This document shows, piece after piece, positions 61,810 through 64,000 of a DNA stretch of 64,000 nucleotides. The translations under genes were made by a program, and so were the position numbers. This DNA is from the human T2T-CHM13v2.0 reference genome, Homo sapiens, in assembly GCF_009914755.1 (NCBI RefSeq), contig NC_060929.1; one strand, 5' to 3'. The number at the start of each line of letters is the position of its first letter. Positions within the stretch are counted from its first letter, which is position 1. The notes below the pieces were generated by a model, which saw only the letters and a program-made list of their open reading frames with translations, searched no databases and was not told the DNA's origin.

Positions 61810-62022
61810 TTAATGTTTTTTGGCAATGGAATACATAAATGACAACAAATAGGAAGCACACATTTATATGCTCTACACACAAAGTCTTGACAAAAATGTA
61901 AAGCAAGGAGGAAAATCTTTCTAAGTTATACAGAATGAGTCCATGCATATTTTAATATAAATGTTTATTATATGGAAGGAAAATGCTACATAAATCTAAT
62001 TGATACAAAAATATATTTACAA

Positions 62023-62315
62023 TTTTTTTTTTTTTGAGACAGAGTCTCGCTCTCACCCAGGCTGGAGTGCAGTGGCACGGTCTCGGCTCACTGCAAGCTC
62101 CGTCTCCAGGGGTCACGCCATTCTCCTGCCTCAGCCTCCTGAGTAGCTGGGACTACAGGCACCCGCCACCACGCCTGGCTAATTTTTTTGTATTTTTAGT
62201 AGAGAGGGGGTTTCACTGTGTTAGCCAGGATGGTCTTGATCTCCTGACCTCGTGATCCGCCTGCCTTGGCCTTCCAAAGCGCTGGGATTACAGGCGTGAG
62301 CCAACGCGCTCGGCC
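62023..62315 (-). mobile_element. AluY SINE
   Basis: gcaagctccg, cacgccattctcc, gttagccaggatgg; TSD caaaaatatatttacaattt. Confidence 0.95.
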
Positions 62316-62554
62316 CAAAAATATATTTACAATTTAAAAGTTTTCTTTATCTTATTTTTAAAGAGGATGACAAGAGATACTTTGTTACTCTGTATTTTTA
62401 ACATCTACTCCAACCCCAAAATTTTGCTTTTATTTGAAAGACTAATACTCTAATTCTAGGCACTAGAAAACAGATGGAATCAAATTAATAAATATTAAAA
62501 ACATCTTTGAAAGGCAATGAAATAATATTCTCTAAGTTATAAACCACATTTTGA

Positions 62555-62845
62555 AAAGGGCTTATTATGTACCAGGTACTATACTAGGTACTATATATAT
62601 CATAATATTAAAATACATAGTTTTTATATAATTTATGAAGTACTAAGTACAATGCACATATATTTGATTCTCACAAAAATCCTACAAAGTAGATGGGATA
62701 GTCTCCATTTTAAACATGAAAACGCTCAGGCATACAGATATTAAATAACATGCTGTTAGGTCACACAGCTAATACATAACAAAGCCAGGATTCAAATTCA
62801 GGGTCTGGCTCTTGATTTCATGTTCTTAACCACAGTACTATACTT
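62555..62845 (-). mobile_element. MIR
   Basis: cttattatgtaccagg...ctccatttta..aggtcacacagctaa..agccaggattcaaa. Confidence 0.8.
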
Positions 62846-64000
62846 CATAAAGAAATACATTTTAATTTTTTGTGAAAATATCACAAATTAAGTATATTGT
62901 TACAAAATGTAAAGATAATTTACAATCTTTTAATAAATCCATTTATGAATTTCCCTTAAAATATGGACTTATGTTTTATGGTAACTTATTTTACCATGAA
63001 TGGGAGGTGAATGCATACAGCAGGAAAGAAACAGAAATAATCTCTAGAGAGAAATGAGTATAATTAGAAAACCAACATTACAGAAATGTAAAATGAATGC
63101 CAATTGTGTATTCACACAAAAGCAAGACATTGAGTAACATATACTCAAAGTCAGGGAGGCAAATGCAAATGACTCTTAATATTGTCTACTGAATTATTTA
63201 TCTGCAAAAAGCTTTACAGAAAATGCCCACGAGGAACTGCCCAGACAGCACTGCCTCTGCCTCTTCCTATAGTATGGTCTCATTCCTAGAGCATTTTGGA
63301 AAAGCATGTGCAAGAAAACAACATGTTCCTCGCAGTCACCTCTGATTACTGGCAGTGCTATCGCACTCATTAGCCTAACATTTAGTTTATAAGAACATCT
63401 GCTTCTAATACCGCCAACACATGACCTTAATCTGTGGCCAAAGGCTAGGGCTGAGTGATACAGGCATTATTTCTCAGGTTCTAGTGTGATTTTTACTTTT
63501 TATTCTTTGGCTGCATATAAAATCTCCTACTTCTCCATACTAGATCTTTTAGGAAAAGTTTTTCTTTTTCTTGTTGTGTGATGGTGGTTGTGCATGTGCT
63601 TGGGTAAGTTTTTTGTCTTTTGCTTTTTTTAATTGCCACTACACAGTTTTGGCAAAACCATTTACAGGAAAGTTAAGTTTCCCCAAGAATTGCTCAAATA
63701 TCTCTATTTTCAATACAGTTTTATCCTGAAAGAAGTGCATTAGACTGTCAATTTTCCTCTTCCCACCTTTTCTTTGCCCCCAACACAGGCAAAGCTCTTG
63801 AAAGCAAGATCGAGCAACTCTTAAAATAATTGAGAGAAACTACCCAAAGATCAGCAACCATGTGTGCAAGCCAATTCCTAAAAACAAATCTTAAAATAAA
63901 TGTCACTGTGGGCACTGAAATATATTCAGCTACTATGTTGATATTTCCATTTGAAAGCTTTAATATAAACAAATTATTTTCTAGTGTTTTCATGTTACTA

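Overview
This is AT-rich primate (human or ape-like) nuclear DNA, most likely deep intronic or lncRNA sequence. I found no recognisable protein-coding gene, tRNA/rRNA, CRISPR or prokaryotic system. Nearly all ORFs in the track come from Alus or LTRs or look like chance ORFs. The window is dominated by interspersed repeats: about 25 Alus (J, S and Y types, many with visible target-site duplications), a ~5.2 kb degenerate MER4-group ERV1 provirus (14418-19661), several solo LTRs (MER4-, MER39-, MER34-, THE1-, MST-, MLT1-, LTR16-like), L1, L2 and MIR fragments, and hAT/Charlie DNA-transposon relics. LTR orientation bias and an apparent A>T skew suggest an intron of a minus-strand gene. Several short minus-strand segments have good splice signals but cannot be confirmed as exons. 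The most unusual local structures are two abutting palindromes (54144-54194), a fold-back hairpin inside an AluJ, several small tandem duplications and a rearranged ERV with a nested LTR half. Repeat family names are from memory of consensus sequences and boundaries are approximate. I see no evidence of a new biological system here.
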